Virus record (IMG/VR): IMGVR_UViG_3300014202_000581 | From: a virus | Strand: one strand, 5' to 3' | Length of the DNA stretch: 38,996 nucleotides | Part shown: positions 31,671 through 38,996 of the stretch, one piece after another | Position numbering within the stretch: the stretch's first letter is position 1 | Layout: each line of letters begins with the position of its first letter | Position numbers and translations under genes: made by a program | Notes under the pieces: generated by a model | The model's database searches: none | The model's input: only the letters and a program-made list of their open reading frames with translations | Told to the model about the DNA's origin: nothing

Positions 31671-32512
31671 TATTGGCTTACTCCTTTAATCAAAAAGGTG
31701 CGACTTCCGCGCTTGTTGGCCTTCCATGAAATGATGGGCTTACCGGTTTCATCGGTTAGGCATTCTGCATCTTGCATAAATTGCATAATGTTAAATTTGT
31801 ACTTTTCCTCAACCTCGCTCAAAGCCTTAATCTTAAAGCGTGTATCGACTAAAGTTGTTAATTGTTCGGCAACATCCGGCGCAATTGTTTTGGTTTTTTC
31901 AGGGTCATGTTTTGGGTACATCAAGCGCAAATCGACCTGATTAATTGCCTCTGGTGGTGTTCTTGTTTGGACGCATTCCCAGAACTTTTTAGCCTCATTG
32001 ATGACGCGCTCTTCAATCTCGGCATCGCGTGTGTATTTGAACTCACGATAATCATTGCCGCCAATCAAAACTGCGATGTAGGCACAGTCGGCGTTTGTGA
32101 CTGCGCAATAATGGGCTACTTGGACGAGGTAGGGTAATGGGATTGTGTCGCTTCCGTCTTCACCCCATTCGTGAGCCATGAACCCAGAGGAGCACTTGAC
32201 TTCCAAAACAGCATTAAGGCTAGGAATAAACCCATCAACATTAGCACGAAGGAAGTTAATAAAAGGATGAACAAGAGTTTCTGGAGTTTCAACAATGACA
32301 TTGTTTCTTTTTGCAAATTCATCTCTTACCACTCCTTCTAAAGCATGACCCCAATATTGAAACTCGGTCATCTCACTAGTCGACTCGATTTGGCCGGTCT
32401 TCTCTAAATACAATTGGTAGGGTGTTTTATAAGATGACAAGCCCATAATGATAGGCATATCAGAGCCACCAATACCGAGCATGCGTTCTTGACGTTGTTG
32501 TTCTGTAATCAT
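31670..32512 (-). CDS. YqaJ-type (lambda Exo-like) recombination exonuclease
   Basis: The motif GIGGSDMPIIMGLSSYKTPYQLYLEKTG is a YqaJ signature. It is the first gene of the leftward operon containing recT and ssb. Confidence 0.85.
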   Translation of the reverse strand: MITEQQRQERMLGIGGSDMPIIMGLSSYKTPYQLYLEKTGQIESTSEMTEFQYWGHALEGVVRDEFAKRNNVIVETPETLVHPFINFLRANVDGFIPSLNAVLEVKCSSGFMAHEWGEDGSDTIPLPYLVQVAHYCAVTNADCAYIAVLIGGNDYREFKYTRDAEIEERVINEAKKFWECVQTRTPPEAINQVDLRLMYPKHDPEKTKTIAPDVAEQLTTLVDTRFKIKALSEVEEKYKFNIMQFMQDAECLTDETGKPIISWKANKRGSRTFLIKGVSQ

Positions 32513-32584
32513 TTCAAAATCCTCTTATCTTTGAGTAATGGTGAAAGTTCCTCTTTCATAATTCATCCTTGGCCATAAATGGCA

Positions 32585-32620
32585 TTGACACATTATGTAT
32601 AATTCGTTATAGTTTGTCAA
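32585..32620. promoter_or_regulatory. Overlapping divergent sigma70-type promoter pair (copy 1)
   Basis: Rightward: TTGACA 32585-32590, 17 nt, TATAGT 32608-32613. Leftward, on the minus strand: TTGACA 32620-32615, 17 nt, CATAAT 32597-32592. Both occupy the same 36 bp. Confidence 0.7.
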
Positions 32621-32650
32621 CAGAATTAAACAAAAATATGGTGAAATGAC

Positions 32651-32851
32651 ATGAGATTTAGCGACGCAATGGCGTATTACGATTATAAATTAATTAACAT
32701 CAGTAAGGCTATCAAGGTATCTCGGCTCACTGTGAATGCGTGGAAAGAGAAAGACCATATCCCCTTTAAATTGCAATGTGTGCTACAGGTGTTGACGGAT
32801 GAAAAGTTGGTGGCTGACAAAGAGGCTTGGTTAAAAGGAGAAATTGAGTGA
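32651..32851 (+). CDS. Cro/YdaS-like HTH regulator
   Basis: 66 aa, first rightward gene after the promoter cassette. The HTH-like segment is ISKAIKVSRLTVNAWKEKDHIP. Confidence 0.65.
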   Translation: MRFSDAMAYYDYKLINISKAIKVSRLTVNAWKEKDHIPFKLQCVLQVLTDEKLVADKEAWLKGEIE

Positions 32852-33003
32852 AGAACAATTATTGTATGGATTGCAATAAATACTTCCGCGGGCAACGTTT
32901 GCGGTTCCACAATCTTGCTTTTCCTGATCATCGACTATTAAGTGAGTCATGGTTAGCCTTTTTTCAAAGAATATGGTATGCAATTAGAGATTGGCGTAGG
33001 TAA
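32848..33003 (+). CDS. small Cys-containing protein, hypothetical (GTG start)
   Basis: ORF found by hand, with a GTGA overlap to cro-like upstream and a TAATG overlap to the next gene; 51 aa. Confidence 0.4.
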   Translation: MKNNYCMDCNKYFRGQRLRFHNLAFPDHRLLSESWLAFFQRIWYAIRDWRR

Positions 33004-33383
33004 TGGAGCTAAACATACTCACGGATGAGCGCAATAAGTGGCGCCGGCAACTTGAAACCCAGTCGACCGATTGGGATGAGCCTATCTATCTGCAAGACTA
33101 TCGACTAAATCGCAATTCCGATTTATGGCGGTCTACACGTGCGCTCGAAAAACTATGTGAATACATTCTATATCTGGAAGCCACACTAAAAACAGGAGTA
33201 GCACCGATGACTGATGAAATAAAAATCGCCTTAAATAATGATTCGTTAGCCACATTATTGAGGTCGAATTTATCATGCCATATGGGTAAAATGATTACAC
33301 AAGAGTCACTTGGTGAATTAACTAACCAAATAATTGAGTCCATTGAGTTTTTCTTGAATAAAAAAGAGGAAGTTAGAGAATAA
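33003..33383 (+). CDS. hypothetical protein
   Basis: 126-aa ORF. Confidence 0.65.
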   Translation: MELNILTDERNKWRRQLETQSTDWDEPIYLQDYRLNRNSDLWRSTRALEKLCEYILYLEATLKTGVAPMTDEIKIALNNDSLATLLRSNLSCHMGKMITQESLGELTNQIIESIEFFLNKKEEVRE

Positions 33384-33573
33384 TTAATTTAATTTTGATC
33401 TGATTTAAGGTAGCATTGGTGGAAGTTTTAAGGCTTCCTGCCTTACTTCGATAAGCGGTTTGAATACGTTACCCTGCAAAAGTTTCTATTCAGACCTTAC
33501 AATTACGGCGAAACGTTGCTGGGCTTTTTCACGTCCTGGAAAACCGACGCCAACAACTGGAACAATTATAGCA

Positions 33574-33822
33574 ATGACTAATACTAATGACAACGTTTCA
33601 ATTAAATTCAATGAAGAAATTCGCTTAACATCCATTCCAAATGACGCTATCAATAAAATAAGAGACATGTTTATTCTTGGCGTATATGTTTTCTTATGTA
33701 GTCGCGCCCCTGATATTCCTCCTATTGAAGATATTGCTGAACGATTTTCAGTCAACCCCCTCGCCGTGAACCATGCTATATCTTACTTGGTTACGAATGG
33801 TTACATAGAAAGGATTCACTAA
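33574..33822 (+). CDS. small winged-helix protein, paralogous to the N-terminus of the replication initiator
   Basis: ATG at 33574. IRDMFILGVYVFLCSR...AISYLVTNGYIERIH parallels IRSTDALGVYCFLLGR...SLAFLIDNGFISRTH in the next gene. Confidence 0.55.
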   Translation: MTNTNDNVSIKFNEEIRLTSIPNDAINKIRDMFILGVYVFLCSRAPDIPPIEDIAERFSVNPLAVNHAISYLVTNGYIERIH

Positions 33823-33823
33823 A

Positions 33824-34672
33824 ATGGATAATAAAGAAACTTACGGAATAGAAAAATTTGATGGCACTTTTGACAAAGAAGAATTTGGAGTAACAATAAT
33901 TCCTAATAAGTCAATGAATAGCATCAGAAGCACCGACGCATTAGGCGTATATTGTTTTCTTTTGGGTCGTCCTAAAGGCTGGAAACCCAATATCAATCAC
34001 TTGAAAGAACATTTTCAATGTACTAAAGAGAAAATTTATAAGTCCCTTGCGTTTCTTATAGACAATGGCTTCATCTCAAGAACCCATGTAAAAGATAAGG
34101 GTAGATTCGTAAAAACCCATTATCGCGTCCATTTAAATCGACCAAATGAATCGACCGACCATTTAGTCGATAAACCGGCTATACCCCAGGCGGATACTGA
34201 TGATTCACCACATGCTGGAAATCCAGGAAGTGGAAACCCAGACAGTGGAAACCCAGACGCTTATAAAACAAAGAGTGTATTAAACAAAGAAGATAATAAT
34301 ATATATGTCGATTCTTCGAAGTCGACAAAAGTGCTTAAGGATTATGAAAAGGATAAAGCCTTCATGACCTTCTACTCGAAATACCCTTACAAACAAAAAC
34401 CTTCCATTGCTAGAGAAGCTTTTCACAAAGCAGCCAAGAAGATTGGTATGACTCCTGAAGACTTTGCAGTCATGGTGGCTGAAGATGTACAGGTACGCGT
34501 CGCTAACAATTGGGCGGATAGACCTAAAAACAAATTTCCTCATCCTTCTACCTATCTGAACACCGCAGAATGGGAAGGTGATATTTACGCAAGCGCCTCT
34601 AAGGATGGAAGCGGATATAAAAACTCAGTCAATGGTACAGGACATGGCCATAGCACTGATTACGCGGTATAG
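33824..34672 (+). CDS. replication initiator (winged-helix N-domain, linker with iterons, C-terminal domain)
   Basis: 282 aa, directly upstream of the primase-helicase. The linker peptide GNPGSGNPDSGNPDA is encoded by DNA iterons. Confidence 0.6.
   Translation: MDNKETYGIEKFDGTFDKEEFGVTIIPNKSMNSIRSTDALGVYCFLLGRPKGWKPNINHLKEHFQCTKEKIYKSLAFLIDNGFISRTHVKDKGRFVKTHYRVHLNRPNESTDHLVDKPAIPQADTDDSPHAGNPGSGNPDSGNPDAYKTKSVLNKEDNNIYVDSSKSTKVLKDYEKDKAFMTFYSKYPYKQKPSIAREAFHKAAKKIGMTPEDFAVMVAEDVQVRVANNWADRPKNKFPHPSTYLNTAEWEGDIYASASKDGSGYKNSVNGTGHGHSTDYAV
34216..34310. repeat. Putative replication origin: three 15-bp iterons (34216-34260) followed by a ~50-bp AT-rich tract (34261-34310)
   Basis: The iterons are TGGAAATCCAGGAAG, TGGAAACCCAGACAG and TGGAAACCCAGACGC in tandem. 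They are followed by TTATAAAACAAAGAGTGTATTAAACAAAGAAGATAATAATATATATG. Confidence 0.55.
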
Positions 34673-34677
34673 ACATT

Positions 34678-36507
34678 ATGTTGATGGCAAAAGAAGTTTC
34701 AGAACGGTTGTCGACTCGATGCCTGGAAGTGGCACAAATGTTGTTACCGAATGGCAAGAAACAAGGGCATGAATGGTGTGCTGGCGATGTCAGTGGTTCT
34801 GCTGGCGATTCGCTTAAGGTTCATTTGACTGGCGATAAATCCGGCGTGTGGTGCGACTTTGCAACAGGTGAAGGCGGTGACTTGCTGGACTTATGGGCAT
34901 TGAGTCGCCACGTGGCATTGGGTGAGGCACTTAAACAGGCGTGTGATTACCTTGGAATTAAAAGCCCTCGGGCATATAACGAAAAAAAGCAGACATTCAA
35001 AAAGCCACAGATGAAGTTTGAGAAAATGGAAACCTCATCTCGTGTGATGGCCTACTTACAGAACGAACGCAAGCTTAGCGCACATACTCTCGCTACATTC
35101 AAAGTCAGCGAGCATAAAGGACACATTGCGTTTCCATCATACCGAGACAAAGAACTTGTGTCAGTGAAGTACCTAAAGGTCGAGCGTGAGAATGGCAAGA
35201 AGTCTATGTATGTGGAAAAGGACTGTGAGCCTTGTTTGTTTGGGTGGCAATCTTTACCAGCTGGTACCAGGGAAATAGTTTTGTGTGAAGGCGAAATTGA
35301 CGCGATGACACTTTCCCAGTACGGTTACGCAGCACTTTCCGTTCCATTTGGCGCAGGAACTGGACGCAAGCATGAGTGGATTGAGCATGAATTTGATCGC
35401 ATCGCTTTATTTGATTCGATTGCTATCTGTATGGACTCAGACGAAGAAGGGCAGAAAGCTGCTGCGGAATTAGTCGAAAGGCTCGGTGCTCATCGTTGCA
35501 AAGTGGTCGATTTACCGATGAAAGACGCCAACGAATGTTTGGTTAACGGCATACAAAAGGCAGATATCGACTATTGTTTCACTCAAGCACGTTCTCTTGA
35601 CCCTCATGAGCTACGTTGTGGCACAGACTTTTTAGATGAAGCGCTGGAGCTTATTAACCCAATCCCAGGCAAGTTTTTAGGCTACACATTAGGATGGAGA
35701 AAAACTGACGATTGTATCTTATTCAAGCCATCGGGTCTTTCGATGTGGACAGGGTATAATGGCCACGGTAAGACCATGTTTTTAGGGATGGTTGTTTTGA
35801 ATATGATGCGTCAGGGCGCCAGAGTCTGTGTTGCTAGTATGGAGATGGAGCCGCCGGAATTGATGGCAAGAACCTATATGCAATTAACCGGACGACCAGA
35901 CCCTTCAAGAGACTATTTGCTTAAGGCGAATGAGTGGATTAAGGGTAAGCTCTTTGTGTTTAATTTAGTCGGAACTGCTAAGATAAATCGACTGCTCGAT
36001 GTGTTTTTGTATGCTAGAAGGAAATATGGCGTTGATGTTTTTGTAGTCGACTCGCTTACAACCCTAAATATTGCTGAAGATGATTACAATGGACAAAAGC
36101 AGCTTACGGAAACCTTAAGAGACTTCAAGATTCTGCATAAATGCCATATCCATTTAGTCGCCCATCCTCGGAAACCAAGGGATGAAAGCGAAATTCCTGG
36201 GAAATATGATATTCGAGGCGGTGGCGCTATCAGCGACCTAGCCGATAATTGTTTTGCGGTATGGCGTAACAAGAAAAAAGAGGGTCTTGTACGAAAACAG
36301 GAACGCAACGAGCCTTTAAGCCCTGAGGAATACGATTATTTGTTGAAGGCTGATACTTACCTTCGATGCGACAAGAACCGGCACGGACGCGGCAAACAGA
36401 AAGAGGGAATCTTCGGGTTTTGGTTTGATGAGCCATCGAATCAATACCGTGAAAGTGATTCTGAGCGCGTTAAGCCTTACATTGATTACTCATGTCTAAA
36501 AGATTAA
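34678..36507 (+). CDS. bifunctional primase-helicase (Toprim plus DnaB/Twinkle-like helicase)
   Basis: 609 aa. The N-terminus reads WCDFATGEGGDLLDLWA. Toprim motifs are VLCEGEIDAMT and CMDSDEEGQKAA. Walker A is GYNGHGKT and Walker B is VFVVDSL. Confidence 0.85.
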   Translation: MLMAKEVSERLSTRCLEVAQMLLPNGKKQGHEWCAGDVSGSAGDSLKVHLTGDKSGVWCDFATGEGGDLLDLWALSRHVALGEALKQACDYLGIKSPRAYNEKKQTFKKPQMKFEKMETSSRVMAYLQNERKLSAHTLATFKVSEHKGHIAFPSYRDKELVSVKYLKVERENGKKSMYVEKDCEPCLFGWQSLPAGTREIVLCEGEIDAMTLSQYGYAALSVPFGAGTGRKHEWIEHEFDRIALFDSIAICMDSDEEGQKAAAELVERLGAHRCKVVDLPMKDANECLVNGIQKADIDYCFTQARSLDPHELRCGTDFLDEALELINPIPGKFLGYTLGWRKTDDCILFKPSGLSMWTGYNGHGKTMFLGMVVLNMMRQGARVCVASMEMEPPELMARTYMQLTGRPDPSRDYLLKANEWIKGKLFVFNLVGTAKINRLLDVFLYARRKYGVDVFVVDSLTTLNIAEDDYNGQKQLTETLRDFKILHKCHIHLVAHPRKPRDESEIPGKYDIRGGGAISDLADNCFAVWRNKKKEGLVRKQERNEPLSPEEYDYLLKADTYLRCDKNRHGRGKQKEGIFGFWFDEPSNQYRESDSERVKPYIDYSCLKD

Positions 36508-36740
36508 CTGACCAAGCATGTAAGAGCATCATTCGAAAGATTGCTGCTCAATACAATATTAAACCTTCGCTTATTACCACAAGGCTGATGAGCGAAGAGG
36601 ACAAAGAAGATATGCGTAACGGTGATGTGCCTATGAATGTTTTAGATACGCATGTTGCGGTTTGGATTAAAGCAGGAATGCCGGACTACGCACACGGTAA
36701 AACAGAACCGCTCGATGAGAATCAAGCGGTATTAATTTAA
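36492..36740 (+). CDS. hypothetical protein
   Basis: 82-aa ORF whose start overlaps the primase-helicase 3' end. Confidence 0.6.
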   Translation: MSKRLTDQACKSIIRKIAAQYNIKPSLITTRLMSEEDKEDMRNGDVPMNVLDTHVAVWIKAGMPDYAHGKTEPLDENQAVLI

Positions 36741-36928
36741 GCCGCCAAATATTGGCGCATTTGAACAAGTACTTTGTTTGTATCTTCATCACAATAAGTC
36801 TTGCGGCGACGACCCTTTAAGATACTTACAGTGAGTTTGTTGTCTATTGTTGCAATGTTAATCGCGCACTTCTTGTTTTTATCAAGAATCGACCATGCCA
36901 ATTCAATTACTTTGTGTAATAAGTCCAT
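36737..36928 (-). CDS. hypothetical protein (last gene of leftward operon 2)
   Basis: 63 aa. Its start abuts the stop of the upstream gene. Confidence 0.6.
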   Translation of the reverse strand: MDLLHKVIELAWSILDKNKKCAINIATIDNKLTVSILKGRRRKTYCDEDTNKVLVQMRQYLAA

Positions 36929-37117
36929 TTATCCTTCTCCATTTTCAAGTAATGAAATATATCCTATAGCTGCAAATCCTGCTTGCGCTTCACTATCAAA
37001 CCATTCATCTGATTCGACTACAAGACTTGGTTTTTCATCAAGAGTATAAATTTCATATACCCATTCATTTTGGTTGTCTTCAAATACTATGTATTGATAA
37101 TAGCCATGTTTGCGCAT
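36929..37117 (-). CDS. acidic protein, paralog of 31500..31670 (possibly YegP/DUF1508-like)
   Basis: 62 aa. The shared pattern is VFED...W..EIY. Confidence 0.6.
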   Translation of the reverse strand: MRKHGYYQYIVFEDNQNEWVYEIYTLDEKPSLVVESDEWFDSEAQAGFAAIGYISLLENGEG

Positions 37118-37263
37118 TATGCTGCCTCCTCATCACGCCACAAATCATATTCATAGTCTGCGCGTTCATCCGAAGCACGTTCACACTCATCGCACATTCC
37201 ACAGTGTCCATGACATTCGTCTTCATCACCATGCCATCCTTCCATCATTCCTCTATAGCTCAT
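37117..37263 (-). CDS. very acidic Cys/His-rich mini-protein
   Basis: Start at MSYRG preceded by GGAGGG. Sequence is MSYRGMMEGWHGDEDECHGHCGMCDECERASDERADYEYDLWRDEEAA. Confidence 0.55.
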   Translation of the reverse strand: MSYRGMMEGWHGDEDECHGHCGMCDECERASDERADYEYDLWRDEEAA

Positions 37264-37265
37264 GA

Positions 37266-37466
37266 TTAACCCTCCACTTGGTCGATAGCGTGCAAAATCC
37301 GTTTGCAATTCATTTTAAGCTGTTCTACTTCGCGCTTGCTGATGTTCTGGATGTATTTATCATCCCATCTCTCTACTGAGAAATCATAGTCCCAGTGCTC
37401 GCATTGGTCATCGGACAGTCTACAATCAAAGATGTAGTCAGTATCGGTTAAATCTACAAATGTCAT
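37266..37466 (-). CDS. acidic protein, hypothetical (first gene of leftward operon 2)
   Basis: 66 aa with SD AAGAGGAG. Its 5' UTR is shared with the exonuclease operon. Confidence 0.65.
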   Translation of the reverse strand: MTFVDLTDTDYIFDCRLSDDQCEHWDYDFSVERWDDKYIQNISKREVEQLKMNCKRILHAIDQVEG

Positions 37467-37510
37467 TTCAATCTCCTCTTATCTTTGTGTGATTAAGTAA
37501 CCTACAAGAT

Positions 37511-37542
37511 ACATTATGTATAGTTCGTTACACTTTGTCAAC
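37511..37542. promoter_or_regulatory. Promoter cassette copy 2 (29/32 identical to 32590-32621); the leftward promoter is intact and the rightward -35 is degenerate
   Basis: Leftward: TTGACA 37541-37536, 17 nt, CATAAT 37518-37513. The rightward equivalents are AAGATA and TACACT. Confidence 0.65.
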
Positions 37543-37636
37543 TACTTTATGCATTAAAATATTAATACATGCTTTATTGTAATGAAACCTTATGTTATTA
37601 TTGGTTCTTTGATTGACATGAGCTAAGGATTGGCTA

Positions 37637-37876
37637 ATGAAAGACATATGTATTCGATGTCATGGAAAGGGCGAGTATCTAGGGAATGGTTTCATGATGA
37701 CCGAGTGTGGTCTATGCTCTAACCAAAATGCTGAGATTAAAGCGCCTACGCTTGACAAGATTAATCGCAACAGTAAATCATATCAACAAGCTATAAGGGA
37801 TATTATGGCGTCAAATCCAGACATAACGCGCAAAGAGGCGATTAAGATGTTTGATGATGCGTATCAGAATAGCTAA
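37637..37876 (+). CDS. DnaJ-type zinc-finger-like small protein (CIRCHGKG ... CGLC)
   Basis: 79 aa with SD AAGGA and a CxxCxGxG motif. Confidence 0.6.
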   Translation: MKDICIRCHGKGEYLGNGFMMTECGLCSNQNAEIKAPTLDKINRNSKSYQQAIRDIMASNPDITRKEAIKMFDDAYQNS

Positions 37877-38008
37877 TGACCAGGCGATATGTTGTCGATA
37901 ATAAAGAAGAGCGAGCCAATAGAATTTATAATTTTAAAGCAGCAAATGTAGAGCTAGACAAACAACGGTTGAAAGGGATGTTTTCGACCAAAGAACGCGA
38001 GGTTAAGG

Positions 38009-38503
38009 ATGACCAAGAAGAAAAAGCCAGGGGAGCTGATACCTAAGCACCTAAAGAAAGGCGGTCGACCGACTAAATATACTAAAGCTTTAGGCGAAGA
38101 AATCGCCAACGCTATTGCTACATCTGAGCTGGGATTGTCACACTTATGCGATAGAAATCCACACTGGCCGGATAGAGCTACAATATTTACCTGGCGCAGG
38201 ACAAACCCAGAGTTTGGCGACCTATACACAAAGGCCAAAGAAGACCAAACAGAGGTTGTGGTCGAGTATATGCAAGAATTAATGGATGAGCCGCACAAAT
38301 GGGTCGATGAAGAGACAGGAGCAATGAGATTGGATGTTCCCATGCTTCGACTTAAAATGGATTCTATGAAGTGGCACGCAGCCAAGCTCAAGCCCAAGAA
38401 GTTCGGCGATAATAGAGAAGTTGTGCAATCGACTAATGAAATAGGCGAAGATTGCAAAAAGCGCATGAAGGAAATGGACGAGAAACATAAAAAGGAGTTT
38501 TAA
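38009..38503 (+). CDS. terS: terminase small subunit
   Basis: The sequence GGRPTKYTKALGEEIANAI...ATIFTWRRTNPEFGDLYTKAKEDQ...RLKMDSMKWHAAKLKPKKFGD matches the widespread GRPtkY...KW..sKL.PKKYGD small-terminase family as I remember it. Confidence 0.75.
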   Translation: MTKKKKPGELIPKHLKKGGRPTKYTKALGEEIANAIATSELGLSHLCDRNPHWPDRATIFTWRRTNPEFGDLYTKAKEDQTEVVVEYMQELMDEPHKWVDEETGAMRLDVPMLRLKMDSMKWHAAKLKPKKFGDNREVVQSTNEIGEDCKKRMKEMDEKHKKEF

Positions 38504-38704
38504 GTGAGCGATAATGTATGCAATTTCAGAAACAGACGTGAATTAGAGATGGAATTACACCAAGAGTTAGTCGACAAACTTGACCGCTGCTTGGAAATCA
38601 CTATGATGCTTGAGAGAGCAGATATTAACATCGATTATAAGAACGCCGGCGATGCTATTTACCACGCATTTATTGTGGTTGAGGATTTGCCAGAACACGC
38701 ATAA
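38504..38704 (+). CDS. hypothetical protein (GTG start)
   Basis: AAGGAG lies 6 nt upstream of the GTG; 66 aa. Confidence 0.55.
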   Translation: MSDNVCNFRNRRELEMELHQELVDKLDRCLEITMMLERADINIDYKNAGDAIYHAFIVVEDLPEHA

Positions 38705-38767
38705 AGGGGCTGGCCTCTGGCGTTAATCCTTAGCCAAGCATAAATCGCCCCTACTTTTGAGGTTGGA

Positions 38768-38959
38768 ATGAGCGAAGAGAAAGAAATATTATCGGTATAT
38801 ACTGGGCTTGCAGTTGGTGATGAGTTTTTTTGTGGTCGACAATCAATGACCGAAGAGGATTTATTACCTGCCCTTCATTCATTGCTTAAACAATGTGACG
38901 GCATAATTAACGAATCAGGTATTTACGCGATTCGCTTGCAACTAGTTAAGATTAAATAG
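38768..38959 (+). CDS. hypothetical protein spanning into the terminal repeat
   Basis: 63 aa with SD GAGG. Its 3' 54 nt are duplicated at 1..54. Confidence 0.6.
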   Translation: MSEEKEILSVYTGLAVGDEFFCGRQSMTEEDLLPALHSLLKQCDGIINESGIYAIRLQLVKIK

Positions 38960-38996
38960 CTCATCTACCATGGCGTAGAAGGAGTACTCGGGTTTG
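38906..38996. repeat. Contig-end direct repeat, copy B (identical to 1..91)
   Basis: Direct comparison with bases 1-91. Confidence 0.95.

Noticed and set aside
37876-38046. 56-aa ORF TAATG-coupled to 37637..37876
   Set aside because: It would overlap the well-supported terS start (38009, with SD and family motif) by 38 nt. It may be real but is unsupported.
37954-38466. 170-aa minus-strand ORF
   Set aside because: It is antisense to terS, whose product carries a recognisable small-terminase motif, so the antisense frame is spurious.
1-38996. CRISPR arrays, alternative genetic code or stop-codon recoding, inteins or introns in conserved genes
   Set aside because: I saw no regularly spaced direct repeats. 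TerL, portal, capsid, primase-helicase and the fibres are uninterrupted in the standard code and of normal length. Coding density is high without reassignment.

Overview
The window is an essentially complete dsDNA phage genome that closes on itself. It is 38,996 nt with an identical 91-nt overlap at both ends, so about 38,905 nt are unique. Gene content resembles a P22/epsilon15/BPP-1-style podovirus of a Gram-negative host; the host call is an inference from the GH108 endolysin and the proteobacterial-type tRNA-Gln. Reading clockwise from the small terminase (38009-38503): the contig junction, a structured non-coding leader, tRNA-Gln(UUG) at 269-339, and about 25 tiny, mostly Cys-rich early or accessory genes. 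These include a tandem triplicated gene family and an orphan small serine recombinase. Next come large terminase (6249-7790), portal (7851-9950), a run of Lys-rich mini-proteins, an antisense HTH island, scaffold (12739-13455) and major capsid (13538-14869). The tail region holds adaptor and tail-hub proteins including a P22 gp10-like protein (16836-18791), three Gly/Gln/Met-rich ejection proteins (19221-22884) and an antisense endonuclease VII gene. After these are two tail fibres (23668-25716 and 26179-28110), an LpxA-like hexapeptide acyltransferase, a GH108 endolysin and RusA. The minus strand carries a Red-like recombination operon (YqaJ exonuclease, RecT/Bet annealase, SSB) and a second operon of four small acidic proteins. 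Both are driven from near-identical copies of an overlapping bidirectional promoter cassette. Rightward of the first cassette lie a Cro-like regulator, a winged-helix replication initiator with embedded iterons, and a primase-helicase. I could not recognise a reverse transcriptase, CRISPR array, tyrosine or large-serine integrase, CI-type repressor, holin or spanin. No single known novel system is evident. The best follow-up candidates are: (1) the structured leader, tRNA-like repeats and tRNA-Gln; (2) the LpxA-like acyltransferase whose SD is locked in a perfect 10-bp hairpin; (3) the duplicated, mutually exclusive bidirectional promoter cassette; (4) the orphan serine recombinase with the triplicated zinc-ribbon genes and a 22-bp tandem duplication; (5) the Lys-rich mini-protein cluster in the head module. 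All functional calls rest on motifs read by eye, since no database search was possible.
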